Origin: a virus
Taxonomy: Duplodnaviria > Caudoviricetes
Virus record (IMG/VR): IMGVR_UViG_3300042327_000405
Coordinates: 297 to 64,296 of that record
Strand: one strand, 5' to 3'
Length of the DNA: 64,000 bases
Made by a program: the position numbers and the translations under genes. Shown piece after piece: positions 48,405 through 57,617 of the stretch. The notes below the pieces were generated by a model, which did no database searches, had not been told where the DNA came from, and saw only the letters and a program-made list of their open reading frames with translations. Position 1 is the stretch's first letter; every line of letters starts with the position of its first letter.

Positions 48405-48965
48405 ATGATTAAATTTATCGAAAGAAACAAAGAGATCATTAGCACACTCAGTATCGTTGCATTAGTGTCGGTTATGTCCAATGCTAGTGCTTCTTCAGAT
48501 CTTGATACAAAAAACAATCTTAGCCTTGAACAGGCTCAGACATCGGAACCCGCCTCGAAAGAGGTTTTTTTGGTTTCTAAGACAAAAAAACTAGAGAGTT
48601 TTGAGAACAAGGTTTCTCTGACTGATTTAGAACTAAAGGAACTGCTTTCTCTAGTAGGCTTCAAGGGTAAAGACCTTGTTGTTGCTTGGGCAGTGGCCAA
48701 GAAAGAATCTAATGGGAGACCATTGGCTTTTAATGGCAACCACAAGACTGGCGACTCGTCTTATGGAATGTTTCAAATCAATATGATTGACGGCCTTGGT
48801 CCTGATCGTAGAGATAAGTTTGACATTAATTCTAATGCCGAACTATTCAATCCCGTCAAGAATGCAGAAATTGCCTACTATATGACAAATGGTGGAGATG
48901 ACTGGTCTTCTTGGAAGGGTATTACCCCAAGAACCAAATTCTGGATGGCTAAATTTCCTAAATAA
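48405..48965 (+). CDS. Secreted lysozyme-like/lytic transglycosylase
   Basis: N-terminal signal-like hydrophobic segment; AVAKKES, YGMFQIN and W.SW motifs; SD AAGGAGG; promoter TGCTATACT at 48349. Confidence 0.8.
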   Translation: MIKFIERNKEIISTLSIVALVSVMSNASASSDLDTKNNLSLEQAQTSEPASKEVFLVSKTKKLESFENKVSLTDLELKELLSLVGFKGKDLVVAWAVAKKESNGRPLAFNGNHKTGDSSYGMFQINMIDGLGPDRRDKFDINSNAELFNPVKNAEIAYYMTNGGDDWSSWKGITPRTKFWMAKFPK

Positions 48966-49491
48966 GCGGACTTAAAAACACCTGTAAGGTTATTCTATTA
49001 CTAGATGACTTTACAGGTGTTATTCCATGTGAATACCCTGAATCATTTACAACGGCTTTATTAAATGTTGGCTCAATGTTTTTCCATTCATTATTCTCTG
49101 GATTAAGCCAATTAAACATTCCTCCATCATTATATTGCCAAGTTTCATTTAAATACACAGTAACGGCTCTACTATATATGCCGTCTGAGTGAACTGGAAT
49201 GTAGGAATCTTTTGACCAAACATAAACCATTGCAGATCTTGAACTGATTAACGGAATATCTCTATTTTTATCGAATATTAACTTATCTTCAAGAATTGAT
49301 TGTAGTTGAGGTAAAAACTCATCTGGAAGTCTAATACACACGACTACAGAACTATCCTCTACTATTCCTTTATCCCAAGCCTGGTTTGTCCAAACAGAGT
49401 TTAGTCCAGATCTCCCAGACACAACATCTAGCCCAAAGTTGTAATATTTTTTTGCTAGGTCAATTGGTAAAAAATCTTTAAATTCTTTCAT
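48958..49491 (-). CDS. 2OG-Fe(II) oxygenase (prolyl-hydroxylase-like)
   Basis: HSD...VYLNE.W...GG...HGITPV...RITLQ; start revised to MKEFKD. Confidence 0.85.
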   Translation of the reverse strand: MKEFKDFLPIDLAKKYYNFGLDVVSGRSGLNSVWTNQAWDKGIVEDSSVVVCIRLPDEFLPQLQSILEDKLIFDKNRDIPLISSRSAMVYVWSKDSYIPVHSDGIYSRAVTVYLNETWQYNDGGMFNWLNPENNEWKNIEPTFNKAVVNDSGYSHGITPVKSSSNRITLQVFLSPLI

Positions 49492-49492
49492 T

Positions 49493-50302
49493 TTATAAAA
49501 ACCTTTCTGATATATCGTCATTTGCAAACTCTGCTGGAACTGCAACTTTGTAGTTTTCATTCAAATAATGATGTAAAACTAGTTCAGATGTTGGGTTTAT
49601 CCAGGGCTCTAAGTGTAGCATAACATGTTTCTTATTATAGAACCTCGTTTGAATCCCGATGCTTTTATAATATTCATATAGGGCATATTGGTCAATGACC
49701 CATAGGGTTTGGCTATACATTTCTTCGGATATCTGATTTTTTGCATCTATTAGTTTAAGGTTTATGTATTCTTTCATAAACTTAAACATATTTTTTTCTG
49801 TGTGTATTAAATTTTTACTAAATAAAACCTGCCCAGCATTAAGTCCATTATTCTCAACATTAAGACTTTCCATAATATCGTAGCAGTTGTCTTCTCTTGT
49901 ATAGATAGATTCCGTATTCCCATATATAGAAAATAATATTTCTGGGTCATTATAAAAAATAGTATCAGTATCGACATAAAGAACATTATCATATCCTAAA
50001 CTTCTTAACGTTTCAAATGTGTTTGTCCACCTATGCCAAAGTCTTTCTGCATTTTTTGAGTTATCATAATCAATGTTTGGTACGTTATAACTAGGTATTT
50101 TAAAATATTTAAAAATAATATTTAAACTTTTATATTTTTCTATACTAGAAAAAAAATTTTTATCTGAAATGTATGCATAAACATCTATATTTTTATTAAA
50201 CCTTCTAAGTCTTGACACTGAATAAATCAACTGTCTAAACCTAGAAGAGTCTTCAAATTTTTCTTCACCTGAATTAATAGAATAAACTATTGCATTTTTC
50301 AT
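49493..50302 (-). CDS. Glycosyltransferase (GT-A fold, DxD)
   Basis: VLYVDTDTIF, NAGQVL, DQYAL and HHY motifs, GT8-like. Confidence 0.75.
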   Translation of the reverse strand: MKNAIVYSINSGEEKFEDSSRFRQLIYSVSRLRRFNKNIDVYAYISDKNFFSSIEKYKSLNIIFKYFKIPSYNVPNIDYDNSKNAERLWHRWTNTFETLRSLGYDNVLYVDTDTIFYNDPEILFSIYGNTESIYTREDNCYDIMESLNVENNGLNAGQVLFSKNLIHTEKNMFKFMKEYINLKLIDAKNQISEEMYSQTLWVIDQYALYEYYKSIGIQTRFYNKKHVMLHLEPWINPTSELVLHHYLNENYKVAVPAEFANDDISERFL

Positions 50303-50898
50303 TATCTCATCCAAGAGACTACGGCATATCTTTCGCCTTCAATAACTGGTAATACTGAATGATTATAAACATATGTTGATGGGAAGACTATCATCTGGTT
50401 TGCTTTTGGTTTAAAAGCAATATCAAACCTAGGAAACAATATTTCTCCACCTAAATAATTATCATTTATATAATATGTTGTAGAAATTCTTCTATGATAA
50501 TCTTGGTGATCGTCAATGTGGTTTGTAAACTTTTGACCAACTCCATACTTTAATATTGCGTAAGAATCATGCCATGGTGCTGCAGTACCAAAATAACTTT
50601 TATAATCTCTTTCTATTGGATCAAAATTTTCAAAGAATAGATTGTTTAGTGTTGAATTAAAAGAAGATTGAAGACTAGTAAAGTCTTCAGAAATTGCTCC
50701 ATAATATGGAACCCCAAAGGTACTGGTATCTCTTGAATCTGTGTTTACTCCAGGATCACTGTCAGCCTTTACTGATGCTGGAACCCATAAAATATTTGCA
50801 GAAACAAGTCCTTCTTCAATATCTTTATATAGATTCTCACTGTTAGGAATTACATTACTATAAACCATTATTCCTGGTGCTATTTCTTCTTTTATCAT
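50302..50898 (-). CDS. Prolyl 4-hydroxylase-like 2OG-Fe(II) oxygenase
   Basis: LKYGVGQKFTNHID...YINDNYLGGEI.FP...FPSTYVYNHSVLPV..GERY. Confidence 0.9.
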   Translation of the reverse strand: MIKEEIAPGIMVYSNVIPNSENLYKDIEEGLVSANILWVPASVKADSDPGVNTDSRDTSTFGVPYYGAISEDFTSLQSSFNSTLNNLFFENFDPIERDYKSYFGTAAPWHDSYAILKYGVGQKFTNHIDDHQDYHRRISTTYYINDNYLGGEILFPRFDIAFKPKANQMIVFPSTYVYNHSVLPVIEGERYAVVSWMR

Positions 50899-50899
50899 T

Positions 50900-51139
50900 T
50901 TACCATTTTCCTAAAGGGCAGGTCGCTAGTTCTAATTTTGTTTTTGCTGACATAAAGCATCCACACTTTCTACACTGTGTAGTTAATTTTATTAGTTCTG
51001 GACAGGCTTTGCATATTTCAAGCCTTGCGTCAGATACTGCAGAGTCTTCAACATATTTTACTGGATTAAGCATATCCCAAGGTCTTGTTTGTCCAAGATT
51101 TTGTTTATACTTTTGCCAAGGACTTAAATTCTCAGGCAT
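50900..51139 (-). CDS. Small Cys-rich protein
   Basis: RLEICKACP...CRKCGC...CPLGKW. Confidence 0.75.
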   Translation of the reverse strand: MPENLSPWQKYKQNLGQTRPWDMLNPVKYVEDSAVSDARLEICKACPELIKLTTQCRKCGCFMSAKTKLELATCPLGKW

Positions 51140-51521
51140 TTATATCTTCAAAAGTTATTGTAGGGTTGCTTTGTAAAGCAGCAATAATCATGTTCGAGTT
51201 TAAATCTCCAAAATAAATGGAATAAAAAGAATGAACTCCATCAATACAAAAAGAAAATGAACAATTAGGCTCTTCTGGCCTTGGTTGTGTTTTGTGGACT
51301 ACACCTTCTTCTCCAACAAAATCATTTCCATTCCAAACATCACCAACTCTAGGCATATAATCTAAGTTTGAAACATCTACGACTGTTGGGTTTAAAGATA
51401 AAGCATTAAACATCGTTGACAAAAGTGGATCCTCTGTTGTCATAGCAACTTCATCAAAGTTAATTGAAGAAAAAAATATTTTATCTTCTTCTATATTTAA
51501 ATAAAAATCTCTTTTTTTCAT
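51132..51521 (-). CDS. Hypothetical protein
   Basis: SD AAGGAG; internal duplication AL.LNPT/ALQSNPT. Confidence 0.65.
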   Translation of the reverse strand: MKKRDFYLNIEEDKIFFSSINFDEVAMTTEDPLLSTMFNALSLNPTVVDVSNLDYMPRVGDVWNGNDFVGEEGVVHKTQPRPEEPNCSFSFCIDGVHSFYSIYFGDLNSNMIIAALQSNPTITFEDINA

Positions 51522-51557
51522 GTTATATCTCCTTTCTTATAAGTATACACTAAGATA

Positions 51558-53234
51558 TTATCCGCAGGCACCAGCAGTAACAACCCAGGTTTGGGTAGTT
51601 CCACAATTACTTACTTGTCCAGTACATAGGTCAACTCCACAACAGAATGGGCCAAGTCCTTCCCAGAACTGATCTGTACATCCTGTAGGGGTAGGTGCTA
51701 CAGGGGTAGGTGCTACAGGGGTAGGTGCTACAGGGGTAGGTGCTACAGGGGTAGGTGCTACAGGGGTAGGTGCTGGGGCAGGTGCTGGGGCAGGTGCTGG
51801 AGCAGGTGTAGGGCTAGTACATCCTGAGCAACTGTTATGATCAAAGTATGTTGTAACACAGTCGCTATTCCAAATCTCGTCGTAAGTTACGCATGCTCCA
51901 AAGAAAGAATTATACTGACAAGGCCCAGCAGTTTTTACTGAATAAGGAATACATGTTGGTGTAGGTGCTACTGGTGTAGGTGCTACTGGTGTAGGTGCTA
52001 CAGGTGTAGGTGCTACAGGTGTAGGTGAAACTGGAGTTGGGGATGTAGCACAATTTGTTGGAGCAGCAGGTTGTGAAACTGTAGAACAAGAAATACTTGT
52101 TGCACCAGAATTTGTAAATAGTGTAGTGTAGTCTGAACAGGCAGTGTTAATATTGTTAGAAATAAAATTACTTCCATCAATTGTTATTGCTCCTGATGTT
52201 ACTGGAGCACCGCTTTGACAATATGAAAGATAAATTGTTCCAGGAACTGGTACTGATGGGCAAGAAGCACCATACCCAAGTTGTGCTACTATCTGTTCGC
52301 TACTTAAAGACGGATTAGTTGTTGTTCCAACATTTACAGTTCCACCTGCTGTTGCAGTTCCGTAGTATCCACCTCTAGAGGCAGGGATTATTGGATCACA
52401 GGCAGTATAAATATTATAAGTTGTTGGTGCTACAGGAGTTGGAGCAACTGGAGTTGGTGCTACAGGAGTTGGAGCAACTGGAGTTGGTGCTACAGGAGTT
52501 GGTGCAACTGGAGTTGGTGCAACTGGAGTAGGTGCTACAGGTGTTGGAGATACGGGTGTAGGGGTTGGACTTACGCTGTTAAGTAAGTTTCCAAAAAAAA
52601 ACCATGTGTTGTCGGCTATTTTAACTAAAGTTCCTTTTGAATACTGACCATCTAAAGATTTTATACTAGACTTGCTATTAATTGATACTGCTCCACTGCC
52701 TTCAGATACTGTTACTGATCCAGTTCCTGTTTGAATTATGTCAATTGAATATCCTACTGGAATTGGTACTGAAGCGTTTTCTGGAAGTGTTACAGTCATT
52801 GGGCTAGAAGAATATAAAATAGCAGTCTTTCCGACATCGCTTGCTGATAAAGTAAAACTTGCTGTTTTTGTTACAACTGTTCCAGTATTTGCAATTTTAG
52901 GCTCAAGGTCAAATCTATCATCAACGGAGTTCCAGTCAATTCCATTTCCTGCAAGATCTGGATAGGCCCCTGTTGCTCCATTTATTGCATTTGTAATTGC
53001 AGCAGTTCTATTTACTATTTCTGCTGCATCTGCGTCGGCAAGATCTTGTAAGTGTTTAGCAATAGATGGATTTACAAGATTTGCTTTGTTTGTATTAGAT
53101 CCATCATAACTATATGATCCATAGTGATAAAGTCTTAGCGCTGCCTGAATATCTGCTGCATCTGAAAGACCAGGAACTTTGGTAGGGAAAAATCCAGTAC
53201 CACTAACGGTATTATCAATATTTTCTGCTGCCAT
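51558..53234 (-). CDS. Fibre/adhesin-like protein with PTPVA repeats and Cys-rich modules
   Basis: N-terminal fibre domain (IDIIQTGTGSVT, shared with 41907-43166), three (PTPVA)n blocks, (PA)n. Confidence 0.8.
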   Translation of the reverse strand: MAAENIDNTVSGTGFFPTKVPGLSDAADIQAALRLYHYGSYSYDGSNTNKANLVNPSIAKHLQDLADADAAEIVNRTAAITNAINGATGAYPDLAGNGIDWNSVDDRFDLEPKIANTGTVVTKTASFTLSASDVGKTAILYSSSPMTVTLPENASVPIPVGYSIDIIQTGTGSVTVSEGSGAVSINSKSSIKSLDGQYSKGTLVKIADNTWFFFGNLLNSVSPTPTPVSPTPVAPTPVAPTPVAPTPVAPTPVAPTPVAPTPVAPTPVAPTTYNIYTACDPIIPASRGGYYGTATAGGTVNVGTTTNPSLSSEQIVAQLGYGASCPSVPVPGTIYLSYCQSGAPVTSGAITIDGSNFISNNINTACSDYTTLFTNSGATSISCSTVSQPAAPTNCATSPTPVSPTPVAPTPVAPTPVAPTPVAPTPTCIPYSVKTAGPCQYNSFFGACVTYDEIWNSDCVTTYFDHNSCSGCTSPTPAPAPAPAPAPAPTPVAPTPVAPTPVAPTPVAPTPVAPTPTGCTDQFWEGLGPFCCGVDLCTGQVSNCGTTQTWVVTAGACG

Positions 53235-53253
53235 TATAGATCACCCTGTTTCA

Positions 53254-53853
53254 TTATACCACCGTAATAAAAAGATGAACATATTTTGGACCAGTCATTG
53301 GTACCCATGCTCCTTCTAAATATTCTATTCCTTCTATTTCTAGTGGTAATGCAATAAAGCCCTGAGTAGTGTTTAAATCTTTTATAATTAGGTTTGTTGC
53401 CAAAGGACCAGCATTTTCTGATGAAGAAATTGAGTATTGTACGCTAAATCTTGAAGATGTAACCGTTCCTTCTGATAGATCATAAATTTCTGCAAGGTTT
53501 ATAGGTGCAATAGTTATTTTGCCACCGACTGGAGTTAAAGGGCCTTTGGTTTCTGAATAAAAATTAGACTTTAAACTAAGAAGTTCTACCCATTGTGGAT
53601 TTCCAGATGGCTGAACTACATTTTGAAAAACTGTTTTGTATGTTTCCGAACTTGGGCTATAATCTATGGCAATATCTAGTGCCTGAATATCTTGGTCAAT
53701 TGCATTTGCAACACTTGATTGCCTTGGATCTCCTTGAACACCTAAAATAATACTTCCACGATCACCTGTTGGTCCAAAATCTAAATCTAAACTAATTGTT
53801 TCTGGACCACCAAAGACAGTCAAATCATCATTTGATAAAAGTATGTCTGCCAT
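53254..53853 (-). CDS. Virion protein
   Basis: ORF in the structural cluster; DFGPTGDRGS motif. Confidence 0.6.
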   Translation of the reverse strand: MADILLSNDDLTVFGGPETISLDLDFGPTGDRGSIILGVQGDPRQSSVANAIDQDIQALDIAIDYSPSSETYKTVFQNVVQPSGNPQWVELLSLKSNFYSETKGPLTPVGGKITIAPINLAEIYDLSEGTVTSSRFSVQYSISSSENAGPLATNLIIKDLNTTQGFIALPLEIEGIEYLEGAWVPMTGPKYVHLFITVV

Positions 53854-53855
53854 AA

Positions 53856-54614
53856 TTAAGCACCTGTTGCAGGAAACACTGCAGTAATTATTCCTGAATT
53901 AATTGGGTTTGTAACAACTGTTGCATGCTCTACTGTAAACTTGTTTGCTGGTGTTCCAGAAATGTAATAAGGAGGTTTTACAGTTAGCGTTATTGTTGCA
54001 ACATAGACTGTAGAGGCAACAAAATCACCAACTAATGGGGTTGTCCCGTTTGACTGGAACCAAGAAACGGTTCCGCTATATTCTGCTGTTTCAAAAACAT
54101 TAGTAACTGGAGTCGCCCCCTTTACTGGCCTAGTCACTCCCTGAATATTGTAATTTGATAAAGTTCCATAAGTATTTTGTTTTGCTCCTGTAACCTGATC
54201 TGTAACAGTTATTGTTCCTGTCATAAGAGTATATACTTTTTCATAAAAAAGATTATCAGGTTTTCCTGCTGGCGATCTAACTTCAACATCATAAACATAT
54301 TCTGTTCCTGCTTGAAGTTCGTAAGAATCGGATGGTCTTATGGCACATTGAATAAATGTTTGGTCATCTGATATTGTTGCAAAGCATCTAATTGATTTTG
54401 TAGCAGAACTGCCACGAATTTCTGCAATAGTGAATTGAGCGCTATCATATGGAGCAGAGGTGTCTAAAACATAGTCGGGGTTGTTAGCAAAATTTGTTGG
54501 CATCTGAAAGTTTCCTAAAAGATATGCTGTTCCATCGTTCTTTTTCGGGTAGATACGAAATTCAAAAGTATCACCCTTATAGTAATTAAAGTCATAGGTC
54601 GCTGGAAATGCCAT
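53856..54614 (-). CDS. BppU-like protein with a C-terminal Ig-like repeat
   Basis: YKGDTFEF...YVYDVEV; C-terminal GVTRPVKGATP...YSGTVSW...VYVATITL. Confidence 0.6.
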   Translation of the reverse strand: MAFPATYDFNYYKGDTFEFRIYPKKNDGTAYLLGNFQMPTNFANNPDYVLDTSAPYDSAQFTIAEIRGSSATKSIRCFATISDDQTFIQCAIRPSDSYELQAGTEYVYDVEVRSPAGKPDNLFYEKVYTLMTGTITVTDQVTGAKQNTYGTLSNYNIQGVTRPVKGATPVTNVFETAEYSGTVSWFQSNGTTPLVGDFVASTVYVATITLTVKPPYYISGTPANKFTVEHATVVTNPINSGIITAVFPATGA

Positions 54615-54621
54615 GGTTTTA

Positions 54622-55353
54622 TTATACCACGCTGACATATACAGAATTGAGAATTACCGATGCATCAAAGTCTGTTCGTATTTGAGGAACTGCTCCATTA
54701 CCCCACATAGACCGATCTTCAATAAATATATTCTGAGTAACTGAAAGGTTGTATGTATTTTGATATTTAAGAGAACCGACAAACTGAACAAACTCCTGAT
54801 CTTTACTTGGAAAATATGTTCTTAGCCAAACCTCTGTATTTGATGTATATGTGGTTAGTTCAAAGTTGTATGTTACAAATACTTGAGAACCTTGTTTGAT
54901 ACCGTGAAAGTTTAAGGCTCTCTGGTGGCTGTTCCAAAGACTAGTGCAATCTTTAGGAAGATAAGTTTCATTTTGGGTTTTCTCTTTTGTATCTAGCAAT
55001 AATGTGACCCATCCATCATCACCCTGAGATATTCCAAGTTTTGTTGGTTTTTCAATAGTATTTGTATATGAAGCCCAGCCTGCCTGTTGTCCAGAAGAAG
55101 ACAAAGAACTTAGTCCATTTTGTCCAGATGGTCCTTTTTCTCCTCTTTGACCCTTTTGTCCTTCTGGTCCTGCTGGTCCTGGAGATCCATCCTTTCCATC
55201 TCTTCCTGCTGGTCCTTGTGGACCTTGTGGTCCAGGAACTGGAAGAAAGGAAAGAGTATTTTCTTGGTATGGGGCTGATTGGCTTTGTTCTACTTGTGCA
55301 GCATAACTAGTTTTTTTTGCACCTGGAAAGTCCATAGATTTAGAAGCAGCCAT
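54622..55353 (-). CDS. Collagen-like repeat protein
   Basis: GPQGPQGPAGRDGKDGSPGPAGPEGQKGQRGEKGPSGQNG. Confidence 0.8.
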   Translation of the reverse strand: MAASKSMDFPGAKKTSYAAQVEQSQSAPYQENTLSFLPVPGPQGPQGPAGRDGKDGSPGPAGPEGQKGQRGEKGPSGQNGLSSLSSSGQQAGWASYTNTIEKPTKLGISQGDDGWVTLLLDTKEKTQNETYLPKDCTSLWNSHQRALNFHGIKQGSQVFVTYNFELTTYTSNTEVWLRTYFPSKDQEFVQFVGSLKYQNTYNLSVTQNIFIEDRSMWGNGAVPQIRTDFDASVILNSVYVSVV

Positions 55354-55457
55354 AGATATATTATCTCATGACTATTTGTTTACTTTAAATGTTTTATTCT
55401 TAATTCTAATTATTGAAGGTAACTCTGATCGTGGAGTTGATACTTTAACTACTGCCA

Positions 55458-55859
55458 TTATAAACTACCTGTAATATCACCAATGACTGAGATAGTTCCA
55501 ATCAGAGGTGTCCAAATTGTTGGCCCAGTCATATTGATATTAGGACCATCAATAGTTACCTGAAGATCAAAAGTTAATTCTGTTACTACTGACTTATATC
55601 CAAGACCCCAAAGTTCAGTAATGGATGCTGGAGCCGTAATATCAACATATCCTGTTCCACGTGAAACTTCCAGGGAATCTAAAGCATCCGACTGAGGATC
55701 ATAGGTAGTAGCCTCAAAGGTCCAATCAGAAATATCAAAATATGTTACTTCATCATCTTGTAAAAACTCCACACGAAGCGGAGAGGTATCTCCTCTAACT
55801 ATTTGCCACTTAATGCGAGCAGGGTCTGCTCCAAATACTTCAGGTCCATGTGTAGCCAT
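55458..55859 (-). CDS. BppU-like virion protein
   Basis: Start revised to MATHG (leaderless); IVRGDT...FDLQV. Confidence 0.6.
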   Translation of the reverse strand: MATHGPEVFGADPARIKWQIVRGDTSPLRVEFLQDDEVTYFDISDWTFEATTYDPQSDALDSLEVSRGTGYVDITAPASITELWGLGYKSVVTELTFDLQVTIDGPNINMTGPTIWTPLIGTISVIGDITGSL

Positions 55860-55876
55860 AATACCGATTATACCAC

Positions 55877-55932
55877 AAAAAAGACTAATACCTTGATTGG
55901 TGGGTATAGGACAAACCAAGGTATTAGCCAGT
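55877..55932 (-). ncRNA. Candidate small RNA of about 55 nt (promoter, long hairpin, U-tract)
   Basis: TGGTATAAT at 55939-55947, a 16-bp stem at 55883-55929, then TTTTTT. Confidence 0.5.
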
Positions 55933-55949
55933 AATAAAATTATACCATG

Positions 55950-56133
55950 TTAGACAAAATGGACATTATAGTAAAGATTTTATAATTGTTATACAATTGT
56001 TATAATAGACAATGTCCAATTTGTTCCTATAGGTCTATTTTGACCAAGTTGGGGATAGTGTATACTTTAAATATATAAGAAATAAGAACTATCTTTATAG
56101 TTTTAAAAACTATCTTTATATATAGTATATAGG
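55950..56133. other. AT-rich non-coding region with direct repeats (candidate origin or control region)
   Basis: AATTGTTATA x2 (55984, 55995); AACTATCTTTATA x2 (56087, 56108). Confidence 0.4.
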
Positions 56134-56385
56134 TTATTTGGATTTTGAAATATACTCAATAAGAATATCATACATGTGATCTAATTTGCGATCCATATCT
56201 TTACGTGTTTTGTCTGCTTCGTTTAGACGACTTTCTAATCTTGAAACTTGATCTTTGATACTTGATCCTGAATTTGGTTTAAGTTCGCTTAAGTAATGTC
56301 TCACCAGCCACTTGATTGCAAAGGCTATAGATGATACAATTGTAAGTATCGCTACGATTAGGGAAGCCCAGTCTTGCACAGTCAT
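56134..56385 (-). CDS. Small membrane protein (holin-like)
   Basis: One N-terminal TM helix, PNSGSS motif, coiled coil. Confidence 0.6.
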   Translation of the reverse strand: MTVQDWASLIVAILTIVSSIAFAIKWLVRHYLSELKPNSGSSIKDQVSRLESRLNEADKTRKDMDRKLDHMYDILIEYISKSK

Positions 56386-56414
56386 AACATTATTATAAGG
56401 GACGTTTATACTAA

Positions 56415-57185
56415 ATGAAAACAGAGATACTTAGTACACTGGAGCATTCTAAAAATTTAATTATATCCCCTGACATGGATGGTTTTATGACCGCAAAATT
56501 ATTAGAGCGTTTCAACGGTTCGAAAATAGTGGGTTCCTACGACAAAAATATTTTATGTCTCGCCGATGGTATAGATCCGTCAGAATGTTTGTTCGTCGAT
56601 TGCGATATGAATCGAGAAGAGTTTGTATCTCTCGGCAATCATATGCGTTTGATTCGAGACGGTATGTCAAGTAAGTCGTTTAATCCAAATGTTCACTTTG
56701 GCGTTACGACATATAGCGACAAGTTTCCCTTCGCAACCGCTTTTTTGATTTCGTTCGCAATAGAGGCTGACCTATCCGAACAAGACCTTATACGCATGGC
56801 TTTCGCTGATTCAACTCTCAAGAACATGGAGAAATACAGCGATAACATGCGAAACTGGTCAACACGGATGGAACATCTTGCAACAAAGTATATAATAGAC
56901 AATTCGGACATTGCAAAAAGAAATGATGCACAAGCAAGGTTTGATTATGTTGATCAATCATTTACATCTAAAAGATACGGTAAGACAAGATACCTGGATA
57001 CCCTCAATAACGCCCTACAAGGGCAGGAGATGGCTTTTGAGCCACTTGTCCAGGGTATAAAGTACGTATCCGACAAAGTAGGCATAGAGACCCTTATAAG
57101 GTATAATAGAGATATCATTTCATATGCAGAGATATTCACAGGAGAGTATTCTGTTACATATGATCAAGAAAAGGAATGGGTATGA
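56415..57185 (+). CDS. DHH/RecJ-like phosphoesterase (divergent)
   Basis: ISPDMDG (DxDG), LFVDCD, LGNH, NPN motifs. Confidence 0.5.
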   Translation: MKTEILSTLEHSKNLIISPDMDGFMTAKLLERFNGSKIVGSYDKNILCLADGIDPSECLFVDCDMNREEFVSLGNHMRLIRDGMSSKSFNPNVHFGVTTYSDKFPFATAFLISFAIEADLSEQDLIRMAFADSTLKNMEKYSDNMRNWSTRMEHLATKYIIDNSDIAKRNDAQARFDYVDQSFTSKRYGKTRYLDTLNNALQGQEMAFEPLVQGIKYVSDKVGIETLIRYNRDIISYAEIFTGEYSVTYDQEKEWV

Positions 57186-57367
57186 CAAGACAAGAAGTTA
57201 TTGAAACAATGATTGAAACAGTAAATGCTTATAATGTTAACTTAATGAAGCAGGCTAAGATGACCGATGACGATATTACAAAAAACATTGACGGACAGTA
57301 TCCAGCATTGCAACATATGTTTAGTTTGATCTATGATGATCTAGAAGTTAAAAACGCTTTTAAGTAG
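57182..57367 (+). CDS. Small hypothetical protein
   Basis: Coupled to the upstream stop; SD AAGGA. Confidence 0.6.
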   Translation: MTRQEVIETMIETVNAYNVNLMKQAKMTDDDITKNIDGQYPALQHMFSLIYDDLEVKNAFK

Positions 57368-57602
57368 TCTTACAGTTACAGTTAGTACAGCAAGTTTCTG
57401 AAAATAATTTTACAGCCAAGTTTGGTTCTTCTGGTTGTAAGGCCAAACCTTCAATTGAGTAAATTCCAATAGAGTCAAAGTCTGGTCTGCCAATATCTTC
57501 CCAAAACTTCTCTCTTCCCATAGCATCAGTTTCTGGCATAGGTTTTGACTCAAACTCAAAGTTATCGTTTAAAGAATTTTCAAAATTGTCTAATATTCCC
57601 AT
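57360..57602 (-). CDS. Small acidic protein with Cys-rich C-terminus
   Basis: MGILDNFEN...CCTNCNC; leaderless promoter GGGTATAAT. Confidence 0.65.
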   Translation of the reverse strand: MGILDNFENSLNDNFEFESKPMPETDAMGREKFWEDIGRPDFDSIGIYSIEGLALQPEEPNLAVKLFSETCCTNCNCKTT

Positions 57603-57617
57603 AATATATATTATACC

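Noticed and set aside
51683-52570. CRISPR-like array
   Set aside because: These are 15-nt coding tandem repeats (PTPVA) with no unique spacers.
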